Shown: in pieces, positions 1 to 8,691 of the stretch
How the letters are laid out: the number at the start of each line of letters is the position of its first letter
How positions within the stretch are numbered: position 1 is the stretch's first letter
From: Candidatus Nanohalobium sp.
GTDB lineage: Archaea; Nanohalarchaeota; Nanosalinia; Nanosalinales; Nanosalinaceae
Length of the DNA stretch: 22,748 nucleotides
NCBI GenBank assembly: GCA_042217545.1
Contig: JBDGSM010000028.1
Coordinates: 10,834 to 33,581 of the forward strand
Direction: 5' to 3'
The notes under the pieces: model-generated
What the model was told of the DNA's origin: nothing
Databases searched by the model: none
What the model saw: only the letters and a program-made list of their open reading frames with translations
Program-made: the position numbers and the translations under genes

Positions 1-92
1 ACCTGTCGGTTCTTGGAGCGCTCTGGAAGGGCTGGAGCATACAGATCAAGGAAGATCACAGCATAAGTGGATCCGCAGGAAGAAAGTACTGA
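1..92 (+). CDS. possible 3' end of an upstream gene (partial, unknown product)
   Basis: Open frame from base 3 (LSVLGALWKGWSIQIKEDHSISGSAGRKY) ends at TGA 90-92, followed by a T-rich tract; no recognisable motif. Confidence 0.3.
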   Translation, partial: LSVLGALWKGWSIQIKEDHSISGSAGRKY

Positions 93-255
93 GAACCTCT
101 CAAAGAGCAATTTTCTTTATTTTTAGCCGTTCTCCAAAAATTTAGATCGTGGTTGTTCGCCTGAAACGAACTCTCGTTAGTTAGAAGTTGTTACCCCTCA
201 GCAACTTCGTAAGGTATTAAAAAGTATTGGATGTTTGCTCTAATTTAACACTCTT

Positions 256-852
256 ATGTTCTATGGTGTTCATAATTTTCGAACATTCCTGGTGGTTTGT
301 GAGTACAAGAAGGATTATTTAGGCCTCGAAACAGCAATCTGCCACATGGACCGGGGCGAGGATGATCAACTTGCGGTGTTCGTGTCTGAGGACAGTAGGG
401 TGCTAGAGGAGATCATCGATGAAGTCGATGTGATTGTGAGTGATAGATCAGATCTTGAAGGCCTTGCTCCCGGTAAGTTCCACGACCTGGGTCATGATGA
501 GGGGAGGGTTCTCGAGCTGCTGAGATCGAAGGGTGTTTCCACCGCTGTTTGCCTGGGGTATCGACGGCTTTTCTCCGGTTCATTCCTGGATCAGGTTGAA
601 TGTGAGATGTACAACCTGCATCCATCGATCCTTCCTGCGTTCAAAGGCCTTGATGTGTACGAAAGAGTGGTCGATAGAGGTGTCAAGGTTTCAGGTGCTA
701 CAGTTCATAGGGTTTCCGAGGAGATGGACGAAGGAGAGATCATCGATCAGATCAGTTACGGTGTCCCTGAGGATGTGAGTGTTGGAGAGTTGAAGAAGTA
801 TGCGGCGAAGTATGAGGTCCGAATTGTGAGAACAAATCTAGAAAAGTTGTGA
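256..852 (+). CDS. formyltransferase, PurN/GART-like (formyl_trans_N fold)
   Basis: YNLHPSILPAFKG...SGATVHRV.EEMDEG.II with catalytic N, H and D; lacks the N-terminal SGxGSN loop of true PurN. Confidence 0.8.
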   Translation: MFYGVHNFRTFLVVCEYKKDYLGLETAICHMDRGEDDQLAVFVSEDSRVLEEIIDEVDVIVSDRSDLEGLAPGKFHDLGHDEGRVLELLRSKGVSTAVCLGYRRLFSGSFLDQVECEMYNLHPSILPAFKGLDVYERVVDRGVKVSGATVHRVSEEMDEGEIIDQISYGVPEDVSVGELKKYAAKYEVRIVRTNLEKL

Positions 853-897
853 CTATAGAATAGTTAAAAATTTAAGTGTGGTTGATTAAGGTACGTT

Positions 898-1767
898 ATG
901 TCTATTCAGAGTCCGTCCTCGTCGAAGACATATCCGAAACATATGGAAGACCCTGAGGAATGGTTTGAACCAGAGAAAGAAGTCCCCGTTTTCTCGTCCT
1001 GGGACGAACAACTGAATACCCTTCACACAGGAAATAGTGCCGGTAATAGAGCGATGCGAGAGCGAGGAGTTACTTTCGATGAGAACCTTTCTAATCACAG
1101 TCCTTTTGCGGATAATGCCAAAATACACCATGAGGTCAAGGTAAAGGACAATATACCTTCCGAAAGTCGTGATCACCTGCTAGAAGATGAGGCAGGAGAC
1201 CTAAATCTTGAATTGGATGAAGAAGGCAGAATGTACCAAGTTAACATGTTTGAGACCATGGACTGGAACGGAATGGACATTAATGGAGAAAATATACCAA
1301 CCACAGACCGGGAGACAGATCTGCTAGGGCTTCACGCCATAATGTATGAGGACAGCTCAGGTGACGAGTACCTTCTACACTGGGATCCATGCAAATACGA
1401 CAGCGATACAGGGGAGAAGATGAAGTTTGAAGAAATAGATGGGCTACCTGACTTAAGCAGTCCTGTCAACACTGAAGAAAATGATAACTACTTCGAGAGC
1501 TACGAGAATCATGGCCGAGAAGAAGGTCTTGACCAGGTTTACAACTCACTTATTACTGGAAGCAACAATATTTACAACGAAGCTAATTCAGAGATGGAAG
1601 AAGAATCCGCGAGAAACAACGAGGACGACCTTGATACTAGTGAAAGTGTTTACGATAAAGCCTGGGAAGGAGAAAGATGGCGAGCAATGGCTGACGCAGT
1701 TAGGAACCTTAATGATTCAATGAGCCGAGGATACACACCTGAAAAAGGCAGAACAGTCACTTTTTAG
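898..1767 (+). CDS. acidic hypothetical protein (family A)
   Basis: 289-aa D/E-rich ORF with an AT-rich TATA-like tract upstream; a decayed copy of its C-terminus lies at about 2600-2704. Confidence 0.75.
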   Translation: MSIQSPSSSKTYPKHMEDPEEWFEPEKEVPVFSSWDEQLNTLHTGNSAGNRAMRERGVTFDENLSNHSPFADNAKIHHEVKVKDNIPSESRDHLLEDEAGDLNLELDEEGRMYQVNMFETMDWNGMDINGENIPTTDRETDLLGLHAIMYEDSSGDEYLLHWDPCKYDSDTGEKMKFEEIDGLPDLSSPVNTEENDNYFESYENHGREEGLDQVYNSLITGSNNIYNEANSEMEEESARNNEDDLDTSESVYDKAWEGERWRAMADAVRNLNDSMSRGYTPEKGRTVTF

Positions 1768-1807
1768 TCTGATAAATAACCAATATGAGATAAAGGTGAA
1801 GAATTCT

Positions 1808-2251
1808 ATGGATAAAGAAGAAATTCAGAACCATCTGGAAGAGGATATCAGAGACCTCATTTCATCTATAGCAGAACAGATAGAGGAAATGATGTTCGAA
1901 GAGGCTGAGAAACAGCTGGAAGAAGAAATTGAAAGAGATGAATTCCCAAGAAGAATGCCGGTCATCCGAAACCAGCTTGAAATACCAGAAGAAATCAGGG
2001 AACTCGAGAAACTAAAAGCCAACCTGCAGGAAGCCGATAAAATACTGCATGACAACCCAAAAACGATCGGAGACGAGCACGAATTCATAGATAAACCTTA
2101 CAGCCAGGAACCATCCAAAGAGGAGCTCAAGCAATTATCAGAAGACCTGGAGGACATAGATAGGGAAAATATACTAACCTGTGATAAAGAGGAGATAAGC
2201 AAAGCCAAAGAAAAAATAGATTCCTTCAAGAAAAGCCGTGAGAAGGCCTAA
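1808..2251 (+). CDS. acidic helical hypothetical protein (family B, copy 1)
   Basis: ATG at 1808 gives MDKEE, the same start as paralog 2745-3161; shared EEA(E/D)KQL, E(I/V)PE and NL(Q/K)E. Confidence 0.75.
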   Translation: MDKEEIQNHLEEDIRDLISSIAEQIEEMMFEEAEKQLEEEIERDEFPRRMPVIRNQLEIPEEIRELEKLKANLQEADKILHDNPKTIGDEHEFIDKPYSQEPSKEELKQLSEDLEDIDRENILTCDKEEISKAKEKIDSFKKSREKA

Positions 2252-2530
2252 AGACCGTTTTCATCAATTTCTCCATTTCTGATCCTGGAGCAGGAGATAG
2301 GTCTCTGTCTTCAGCTATATCCTCAAAATGCACTTCACCTGTTCTTCACGCTGTATGCTGCCGTCGACAATAGATAGGTCTACCTCTGCATCGGACTCTG
2401 CTATATCTTTCGAGACTCTGTCACCGACCGCGATAAGCCTAGAAAAATCTCTTCTTTGAAGCCCATCTATGACTTCGTCTTCTTGAAGTATCGGGACTCT
2501 CGGCTTCTTCAGTTCCCTCCTATCTTCTTC
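2248..2530 (-). pseudogene. internally deleted, frameshifted relic of the DPCK-PPAT fusion gene
   Basis: Minus strand reads EEDRRELKKPR...RRDFSRLIAVGDRVS...DLSIVDGSIQR, then with frameshifts AEDRD/ISCSRIRNGEIDENGL*, matching the N- and C-termini of 4301-5254. Confidence 0.85.
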
Positions 2531-2599
2531 ATGGCCTGTAGAAAATCATTTTCTAAGCTGAGCGGGCAAGTATCTCGACTTCGTATCTTTCAGGATTTT

Positions 2600-2704
2600 T
2601 TAAGGAAGCGTAGTCTCTAGGAAATTCTTCTGGCTGACGCCGTCAGAAACCTGAAAACTTCTATACAAGAAGGCTATGGTCAAGAACAAAGAATCAGCTT
2701 TTAG
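2600..2704 (+). pseudogene. C-terminal relic of a family A paralog
   Basis: 2630-2704 reads LADAVRNLKTSIQEGYGQEQRISF*, versus MADAVRNLNDSMSRGYTPEKGRTVTF* in 898-1767; in-frame TAG upstream at 2618-2620. Confidence 0.75.
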
Positions 2705-2744
2705 ACAGTAAAAAACCAATACTATATTGCAGGGTATCATACAG

Positions 2745-3161
2745 ATGGATAAAGAGGAATTCGCTGAAACTGTAGAAGACGGAAAAAAGAGATTCAGTAT
2801 CGAGCAGCATACCGTGCTTAAGGAGGAGGCAGATAAACAGCTCGATATAGATCTTGAGCCGGGAGAGGCCTCAAAAAGGAAAATTAGCTTGCTTAATAAA
2901 ATAGAGGTGCCTGAAAGATATTACAAAGCTAAGAAAATCCGTTACAACCTCAAGGAAGTTGAGAACATGCTATTACAGGATGAACACTCAGTTGATACCA
3001 GCTCTGAAATAGCAGAAAATACCATAGAAGGTATAAAAGATATCAAAGCTGATTCTGCAGATCTAGAAGAACTGGAAAACTTTTACCAGACAATCGAGAA
3101 GTTTATAGTCGAGGAAAAAGGCGTAAAATCGCCAGAGCTCGAAAACCAAGATGAGGCCTGA
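2745..3161 (+). CDS. acidic hypothetical protein (family B, copy 2)
   Basis: ATG at 2745 (MDKEE); paralog of 1808-2251. Confidence 0.7.
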   Translation: MDKEEFAETVEDGKKRFSIEQHTVLKEEADKQLDIDLEPGEASKRKISLLNKIEVPERYYKAKKIRYNLKEVENMLLQDEHSVDTSSEIAENTIEGIKDIKADSADLEELENFYQTIEKFIVEEKGVKSPELENQDEA

Positions 3162-3269
3162 AGAGAAATTGACAAGAATTGATTCGAGAAACTATTTTTC
3201 AAATTAGTAGGAGTTCTGAACACTTCTCTCCCCTAAGTAACAAGAAGATGTGAGTACAATTTCTGGTTT

Positions 3270-4304
3270 ATGACTGAAACTATGATTGAAAGGATTAGAG
3301 AGGAGATGAGTGAGGAAGGCCTTGAGCTTTTTGTGATCAGTGATTCAGATAATATTCTCTGGGCTACGGGTGAGGAGTTTTCCGGGTATATCTTCCTGAC
3401 TCAGGACCGGGTTGACGCAGTACTTCCCAGGTTTTTCAGGTATGAGGATGTTTCTATGTTTGACAGTGTAAGTTATGGTTTCAAGAGAAGTGATTACAAG
3501 GAGGTTATTGATGATATGGTTGAGAGGTTTTCAGGGATGGACACTGCGATCGATGAGGAAAACGATACTATAGAGGATGAACTTGATGCTGAAGTATCTG
3601 GCATGGTTACGGAGATGAGGAAGGTCAAGACTGAGGAAGAGGTCGGGAAGATCAGGAAGGCCTGTGAGATCACGGATCGGGCTTTGAAGGATCTGAGGCA
3701 GGAGCTGTTTTCAGGCCTTACGGAGTGGGAGGCAGTAGGCAGGTTGAAGCAGTTCTATATTGGCGAAGAGGTTCAGGAGTCTTTCATAACTAATGAGGGG
3801 GAGTCTCTGGTTCAAAGGAATAGTTTGAGGCCTCATAGAGGTCCGGAGTCCGAGGTTGTGGAAGGTGATGATCTGGTGATTGTTGATACCGGTGCTCGTT
3901 TTGAAAACTACTGTGCTGATGTCACCCGTACTTACTGTGATAATGCTTCTGACAGGCAGCAGAAGGTGTTTGATGATGTTAAAGAGGTTCAGCGGCGGAT
4001 GATTGATATGATTGAGCCAGGTCGTTCGATAGCTGATGTTAAGCAGAGAGAACTGGATATTTTTGAGGAGAAAGGATATGAAGTTGAGAAAAATGTTCTT
4101 TATTACAGTCATGGTATAGGTATTGTAGCGCATGAGCCCCCTACTATAACCCATGAGTCTGAAGAAGAGTTTAAAGAGGGCATGGTAGTCACTATAGAGC
4201 CAGGCCTGCATATAGAAGGCCTTGGCGGGGTCAGAATAGAAGACACGGTTCTCGTAACCGAAGAAGGGTCAGAAAGGCTTTCAAAAGCCCCTATCGAGCT
4301 TTAA
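3270..4304 (+). CDS. pepQ: Xaa-Pro aminopeptidase/prolidase (M24B)
   Basis: Metal-ligand motifs VDTG...ADVTRT, SHGIG...HE, IEPG, GVRIED; creatinase-like N-domain. Confidence 0.9.
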   Translation: MTETMIERIREEMSEEGLELFVISDSDNILWATGEEFSGYIFLTQDRVDAVLPRFFRYEDVSMFDSVSYGFKRSDYKEVIDDMVERFSGMDTAIDEENDTIEDELDAEVSGMVTEMRKVKTEEEVGKIRKACEITDRALKDLRQELFSGLTEWEAVGRLKQFYIGEEVQESFITNEGESLVQRNSLRPHRGPESEVVEGDDLVIVDTGARFENYCADVTRTYCDNASDRQQKVFDDVKEVQRRMIDMIEPGRSIADVKQRELDIFEEKGYEVEKNVLYYSHGIGIVAHEPPTITHESEEEFKEGMVVTIEPGLHIEGLGGVRIEDTVLVTEEGSERLSKAPIEL

Positions 4305-5254
4305 AGTGTCAGGCCTTCCCGATCGATCTCCTCATTTCTTATCCTTGACGAGGAGATTATATCTCCGTCCTCAGCCTTCAGCTTCTTCACTACTTCAAGA
4401 GCCAGGCTCTCTCTTCCCAGCTCCTGGCGTTTCAAGTTAATTTTTCGACCGTTCTCCAGTGTTTCCGGAGTGACAAGCAGTTTATCACCTTCCTCTACCG
4501 CGTTACCGTAGATGTCGTTAATTTCCAGAAGCCTTGCACTTTCCCTGGCATCCAGTCCTTCCAGGAAGTTGCTTATTCTTTTTTTACGTTCTTCAAAGCT
4601 GTTCTCGGGTTTTTCACCTATCTTCTCCCTGAACATCTCATCCGAAGTGACTCCAATATCCACTTTTTCCGCCTTCTCAAGCGCTGTCAGCAGCAGGTAA
4701 CGGTGTCCTGCATGCAGTCGGTCCCAGCTACCGCCCACGATCAGATGACTGGAACTTTGAAAGTCCAGGATCTCCTCTGCAAAACTCCTGTTCTCCTCCG
4801 AAGGCTCCATAAGAACTGCACCTTGATCCCATAGGCCGTAGACTATGACAGAATCTTCCGGCGCAAATAAGAGTGCGGGAAGGGCCAGCAAATCCTCCTC
4901 GCCGTTGACCTCCAGCTTTGTCCTGCATCTGAGCGAAGAGGCCTTACGTACTGCCGTCCAGGCCTCCTCAGTTATCCCTCCGGCAGGATTTTCCACTTTG
5001 AAAGCTCTTTCAGAGTCTATGGAGGTTCTTTCTTCCACCTTCAGTTCTCTACGCTGTATGCTGCCGTCAACTATAGAAAGATCGGGCCGAACTGCGGAGC
5101 CTTCAAGATCTCCTGAAACCCTGTCCCCAACCGCTATGACCTTTCCGTAGTCTCTCTTCTCCAGTTCTTCAACAACTTTATCTCCCTCAAATACTTCTCC
5201 TCTTGGTTCGCGCAGTTTCTCCTTGTCCCGGTCTGAGAGCTCGTATACCGTCAT
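4301..5254 (-). CDS. fusion: GTP-dependent dephospho-CoA kinase (DUF359) N-domain + phosphopantetheine adenylyltransferase C-domain
   Basis: N-half VGDRVS, IVDG, NPAG.IT, GEEDLLALP, IVYG; C-half GG.WD.LHAGH (HxGH), GVTSD, VTPET, ISSSRIR. Confidence 0.88.
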   Translation of the reverse strand: MTVYELSDRDKEKLREPRGEVFEGDKVVEELEKRDYGKVIAVGDRVSGDLEGSAVRPDLSIVDGSIQRRELKVEERTSIDSERAFKVENPAGGITEEAWTAVRKASSLRCRTKLEVNGEEDLLALPALLFAPEDSVIVYGLWDQGAVLMEPSEENRSFAEEILDFQSSSHLIVGGSWDRLHAGHRYLLLTALEKAEKVDIGVTSDEMFREKIGEKPENSFEERKKRISNFLEGLDARESARLLEINDIYGNAVEEGDKLLVTPETLENGRKINLKRQELGRESLALEVVKKLKAEDGDIISSSRIRNEEIDREGLTL

Positions 5255-5323
5255 GAGGCCTTACATTCGAACCTGTTTCCCGGAGTTTAAATCACTGGGC
5301 TCCCGTCCACATGGACCAGGCAT

Positions 5324-5919
5324 TCAGAAGTCGTAATCCCTGATTTTCTGGAAATCATTCATCGGCCCGAAGTCGTTCTCGCCGTTTGAGTCAAGGACCA
5401 GTGCTTTGTCCGAAAGCTCCGTATATGGCTTAAACAGCTGTCGGATACCAGGGGTGCTGCAAAGCTGATTTCAACCGCTCCCTGCTTGGTGACACTGCCC
5501 AGAGCTGCAGCTATCCTGTTGCTATCGGTTACTACGTCGTCAACAAGGAGAACTTTCTTCCCGGCCAGCAATGCATGGTTGTCGGAGTACTTAAGTTTTT
5601 CAAGGCCTAGCAAGCGGCTTTTAACTATTCTGGCATGGTCTATGAACGCACCGGAGACCTGGAACTTGTTCTTAACAGTTCTATCGACCCAGACAGTTCC
5701 CTCGTCAGCTACACCAGCCACGACGGTATTGCTCTCGCCAGGAACATCTATGCTTTCCGCAAGCCGGAGATCTAACTCCGTTCCAAGCTCTTCTGCTACA
5801 GTTTTTGCCACTTCAAATCCGCTGATCGAGCAAGCAAGGACTATATCCGGGTCAAGGCCTTCCTCAGCCATCTTCTCCGAAAGTTTCCGCCCCGCCTCAT
5901 CTCTGCTTTCAAAAGACAT
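5324..5919 (-). pseudogene. phosphoribosyltransferase-like protein, probable 1-nt frameshift near 5419
   Basis: FESRDEAGRKL start and LLVDD core; PRPP loop degenerate (VDDVVTDS). Adding one G at about 5419 gives an acidic tail ELSDKALVLDS...DYDF* ending at 5324; could be a sequencing error. Confidence 0.55.
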
Positions 5920-6048
5920 ACAGTAAAAAAAGAGATCGCGACTTAAACAGGATTTTATATCTCAAAAGATACTGTCATCAGCTGGGGTCAAGATGTATAC
6001 AAGAAGATGTAGCGACCGCAGGCCCGAATAAGGCCTCCTGTACATGAA

Positions 6049-6426
6049 TCAAGGTGATCGGGCCAGTATCTCCACCTCGTAACCCTCAGGATCCTTCACA
6101 AATGCGTAATTCCCGGGACACTCCTCTGGAGGCCTGTAATCCTCTCCACCGGCTTCAACGGCTTTCCGGTATGCATCCTCCAGGGCCTGACCTTCTTCGG
6201 TGTGGATGGCGATATGGCCGAATCCTTCACCTTTCTCGTACTTTTCATCCTCTCCATGGTTGTAAGTTAACTCTAGCTCCGCGGTCTGGTCTTCAGGTCC
6301 CAGGAAGTACAGGTCAAAGGTCTCGTTCTCCTTCTTCTGCTTTAGCTCCCAGCCAAAGGCCTTCTCGTAGAACTCTATGACTTTTTCGGGGTCGGAAACT
6401 CTCAGCATCGTGTGCGCTATCTTCAT
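6049..6426 (-). CDS. gloA: lactoylglutathione lyase / glyoxalase I (VOC family)
   Basis: HTMLRV.D, LELTYN, G.GFGHIA, FVKDPEGYEVE; ATG at 6426. Confidence 0.85.
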   Translation of the reverse strand: MKIAHTMLRVSDPEKVIEFYEKAFGWELKQKKENETFDLYFLGPEDQTAELELTYNHGEDEKYEKGEGFGHIAIHTEEGQALEDAYRKAVEAGGEDYRPPEECPGNYAFVKDPEGYEVEILARSP

Positions 6427-6460
6427 GCATAGCAAAGTAGGCCTCGAGGTTTTTGTCTCT

Positions 6461-6847
6461 TCAGTTCTGCGGCAGGATATTCACTGACTCGGTATGCTTG
6501 CTGCCTTCAAGACTGTTGAAGAACTCGATCACGTCCTCGGCGACACCATTCGTGTGGAAAACCTCCAGGCAGTTCTCGCCGTCCAGCTTGCTGTGGAGCT
6601 GGGTCGTTATAACATCGTTGAATTCGTGCGCGATCTCAGCAATCTTCTGTTCTCTTCTGTGTGGATGTCTTGCGATGATAACTGCGTTAAGGTTTCCTTC
6701 CAGCCTCCGATTCTCCTGCATCTCCTGATGCAGATTCTCCACTGCCTTCCGTATCAGCTCGCTCCGTCCATTGAAGCTGGCTTCGTCCTGAATCTCATCG
6801 ATTTTTTCCAGAGTTTCTTCATCCAGAGAAAGACTTACTATTTCCAT
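6461..6847 (-). CDS. NikR-like ribbon-helix-helix transcription regulator
   Basis: N-terminal RHH (VSLSLD...RSELIRKAV) plus a NikR C-domain with H...H..L...CLE. Confidence 0.8.
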   Translation of the reverse strand: MEIVSLSLDEETLEKIDEIQDEASFNGRSELIRKAVENLHQEMQENRRLEGNLNAVIIARHPHRREQKIAEIAHEFNDVITTQLHSKLDGENCLEVFHTNGVAEDVIEFFNSLEGSKHTESVNILPQN

Positions 6848-6947
6848 ACAGAATGGGCTAATAACGAGGCCTTAAAAATTAATAACCGGGGCCGGTTAGA
6901 CAGGTGTACCAGATAACTTTAAGGCCTGAAATCCCCTCAACACTGGT

Positions 6948-7520
6948 ATGGGAAAGATGCCGGAGATCCCGGAACACAGCTACAGGGAATACGCCAAGAT
7001 CGCTCTCAGAGTTTCCATGGGCTGGATCTTCCTGACCGCGGGCCTTTCAAAACTCGTCGAACACGGACTCGCCTACCCCAAGGCCTCGGGATACCTCAGC
7101 TCCGCTGTCCCGATCGCCACGCCCAAGATAACGCTCGGCTTCCCCGAGATAATAGGCCTTCCAGGACTTCTGCTTGTGAAAGCCGGGACTTTCCTCGTTG
7201 AACCGCTGATGCAGCTCCTCGCCTCGGCACCGTTCATCGGAACACTTGTCGTGGCTTCAGAGCTGTTCATAGGCCTTTCACTTCTCCTCGGCCTTCTGAC
7301 CTGGCTCGGGTCAGGTCTCGGCGCCTTCATGATGCTCCTGTTCTACTACGGGAACGCGGAGTGGAGCCACGGCCTCCTCAACAGCGACGCGGTCTACCTG
7401 ATCCTGTTGATCTCCCTGATCGCATTCAGAGCCGGTGAAAACTTTTCACTCGACAGCTATATCTCCGAGAAGATAGAAACAGACAACCGGATACTGAAGG
7501 CCTTCCTCGGCGTCAGATGA
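6948..7520 (+). CDS. DoxX/DoxD-family membrane protein
   Basis: LRVSMGWIFL.AGLSKL and ELFIGLSLLLGL motifs, about 4 TM segments, AG..FSLD tail. Confidence 0.8.
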   Translation: MGKMPEIPEHSYREYAKIALRVSMGWIFLTAGLSKLVEHGLAYPKASGYLSSAVPIATPKITLGFPEIIGLPGLLLVKAGTFLVEPLMQLLASAPFIGTLVVASELFIGLSLLLGLLTWLGSGLGAFMMLLFYYGNAEWSHGLLNSDAVYLILLISLIAFRAGENFSLDSYISEKIETDNRILKAFLGVR

Positions 7521-8592
7521 AGTCCTTCACGGTCTCGAAGAAGGACTTGTCCGTCTCCTTCTCCTTCTTGTACTTCTCGAAGACCTCTCTGTCTTCCTCT
7601 TCCGCGTCCTCCGGTATTTCGACGTCCAGCTTCACGTAGAGGTCGCCGTAACCTCTTCTGCCAGGCATCCCCTTACCCGATAAACGCAGGACCTGGCCTG
7701 GCTGGGCGCCTTCAGGAACCGTCACGCTGTAAGTACCGGAGGGAGCATCGATCTCCGCCTCGGCTCCGAGGACTGCGTCCCCGAGGCCCAGGTCCAGGGT
7801 CGTGAACAGGTCTGAATCCCTGCGCTCGAACTCATCGCTCGCTTCAACACTCACGTAGATATAGAGGTCGCCCGAGCGGCCTTTCCTCGACGCATTTCCT
7901 TTACCTTGGAGCCTGACCTTCTGACCATCTCTCACACCCTTCGGTATATCCACGGTGATCTGCTCCTCTTCCTCCACAAGGCCTTCACCGTTGCATTCGC
8001 TGCATTTCTCTTCAGGTATCTCCCCTGTTCCATTACACTCGGGACATTCCTGTACTGTCTGAGCTCTTCCGAGAGGAGTCCTCTCGACCTTCTTGACGCG
8101 GCCTTCTCCGCCGCAGTTCGAACACGTCGTAGTATCTCCGTTTTCAGCACCTGTCCCGTCACAGGCCTCGCATTCGTGCTTCCTGGAGACCTGGAAGCTT
8201 TTCTCCACTCCTTTGTAGGCCTCTTCCAGCGTGATGCTTGTCTGGATCCGGAGGTCTTCTCCTTTCTGCTGTCTCCTGCCTCTTCCTCCGCCGAAGCCTC
8301 CTCCCCCGAAGATCTGCTCGAAGATGTCCTGGAAGTTGGAGGCGGCCTGGCGTCTTCCGCGGGAGGAAGAGCCCTCCACTCCCTGCTTTCCGAACCTGTC
8401 GTACTTCTTCCTCTTCTCCTCGTCTCCGAGGACGTCGTAGGCCTTGTTTATCTTCTTGAACTTCTCCTCGTCAGCAGCCTCAGAGTTGCTGTCCGGATGG
8501 TATTTCTTCGCTTTTTTCCTGTAAGCCTTCTTGATCTCATCCTGCGACGCGTCTTCGCTGACTCCCAGAATTTCGTAGTATTCCTTCGCCAT
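7513..8592 (-). CDS. dnaJ: chaperone DnaJ
   Basis: J-domain with HPD, G/F region, four CxxCxGxG repeats, C-terminal domain. Confidence 0.97.
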   Translation of the reverse strand: MAKEYYEILGVSEDASQDEIKKAYRKKAKKYHPDSNSEAADEEKFKKINKAYDVLGDEEKRKKYDRFGKQGVEGSSSRGRRQAASNFQDIFEQIFGGGGFGGGRGRRQQKGEDLRIQTSITLEEAYKGVEKSFQVSRKHECEACDGTGAENGDTTTCSNCGGEGRVKKVERTPLGRAQTVQECPECNGTGEIPEEKCSECNGEGLVEEEEQITVDIPKGVRDGQKVRLQGKGNASRKGRSGDLYIYVSVEASDEFERRDSDLFTTLDLGLGDAVLGAEAEIDAPSGTYSVTVPEGAQPGQVLRLSGKGMPGRRGYGDLYVKLDVEIPEDAEEEDREVFEKYKKEKETDKSFFETVKDFI

Positions 8593-8691
8593 GAAACTTC
8601 TGAAAGTTTCACCATCAGAGCACGTTCAACAATTTGAACGCACTACAGGGTGTAGAAAGGTTTTGAAGAGGAGAGGATCTGGAGGAAGTCA

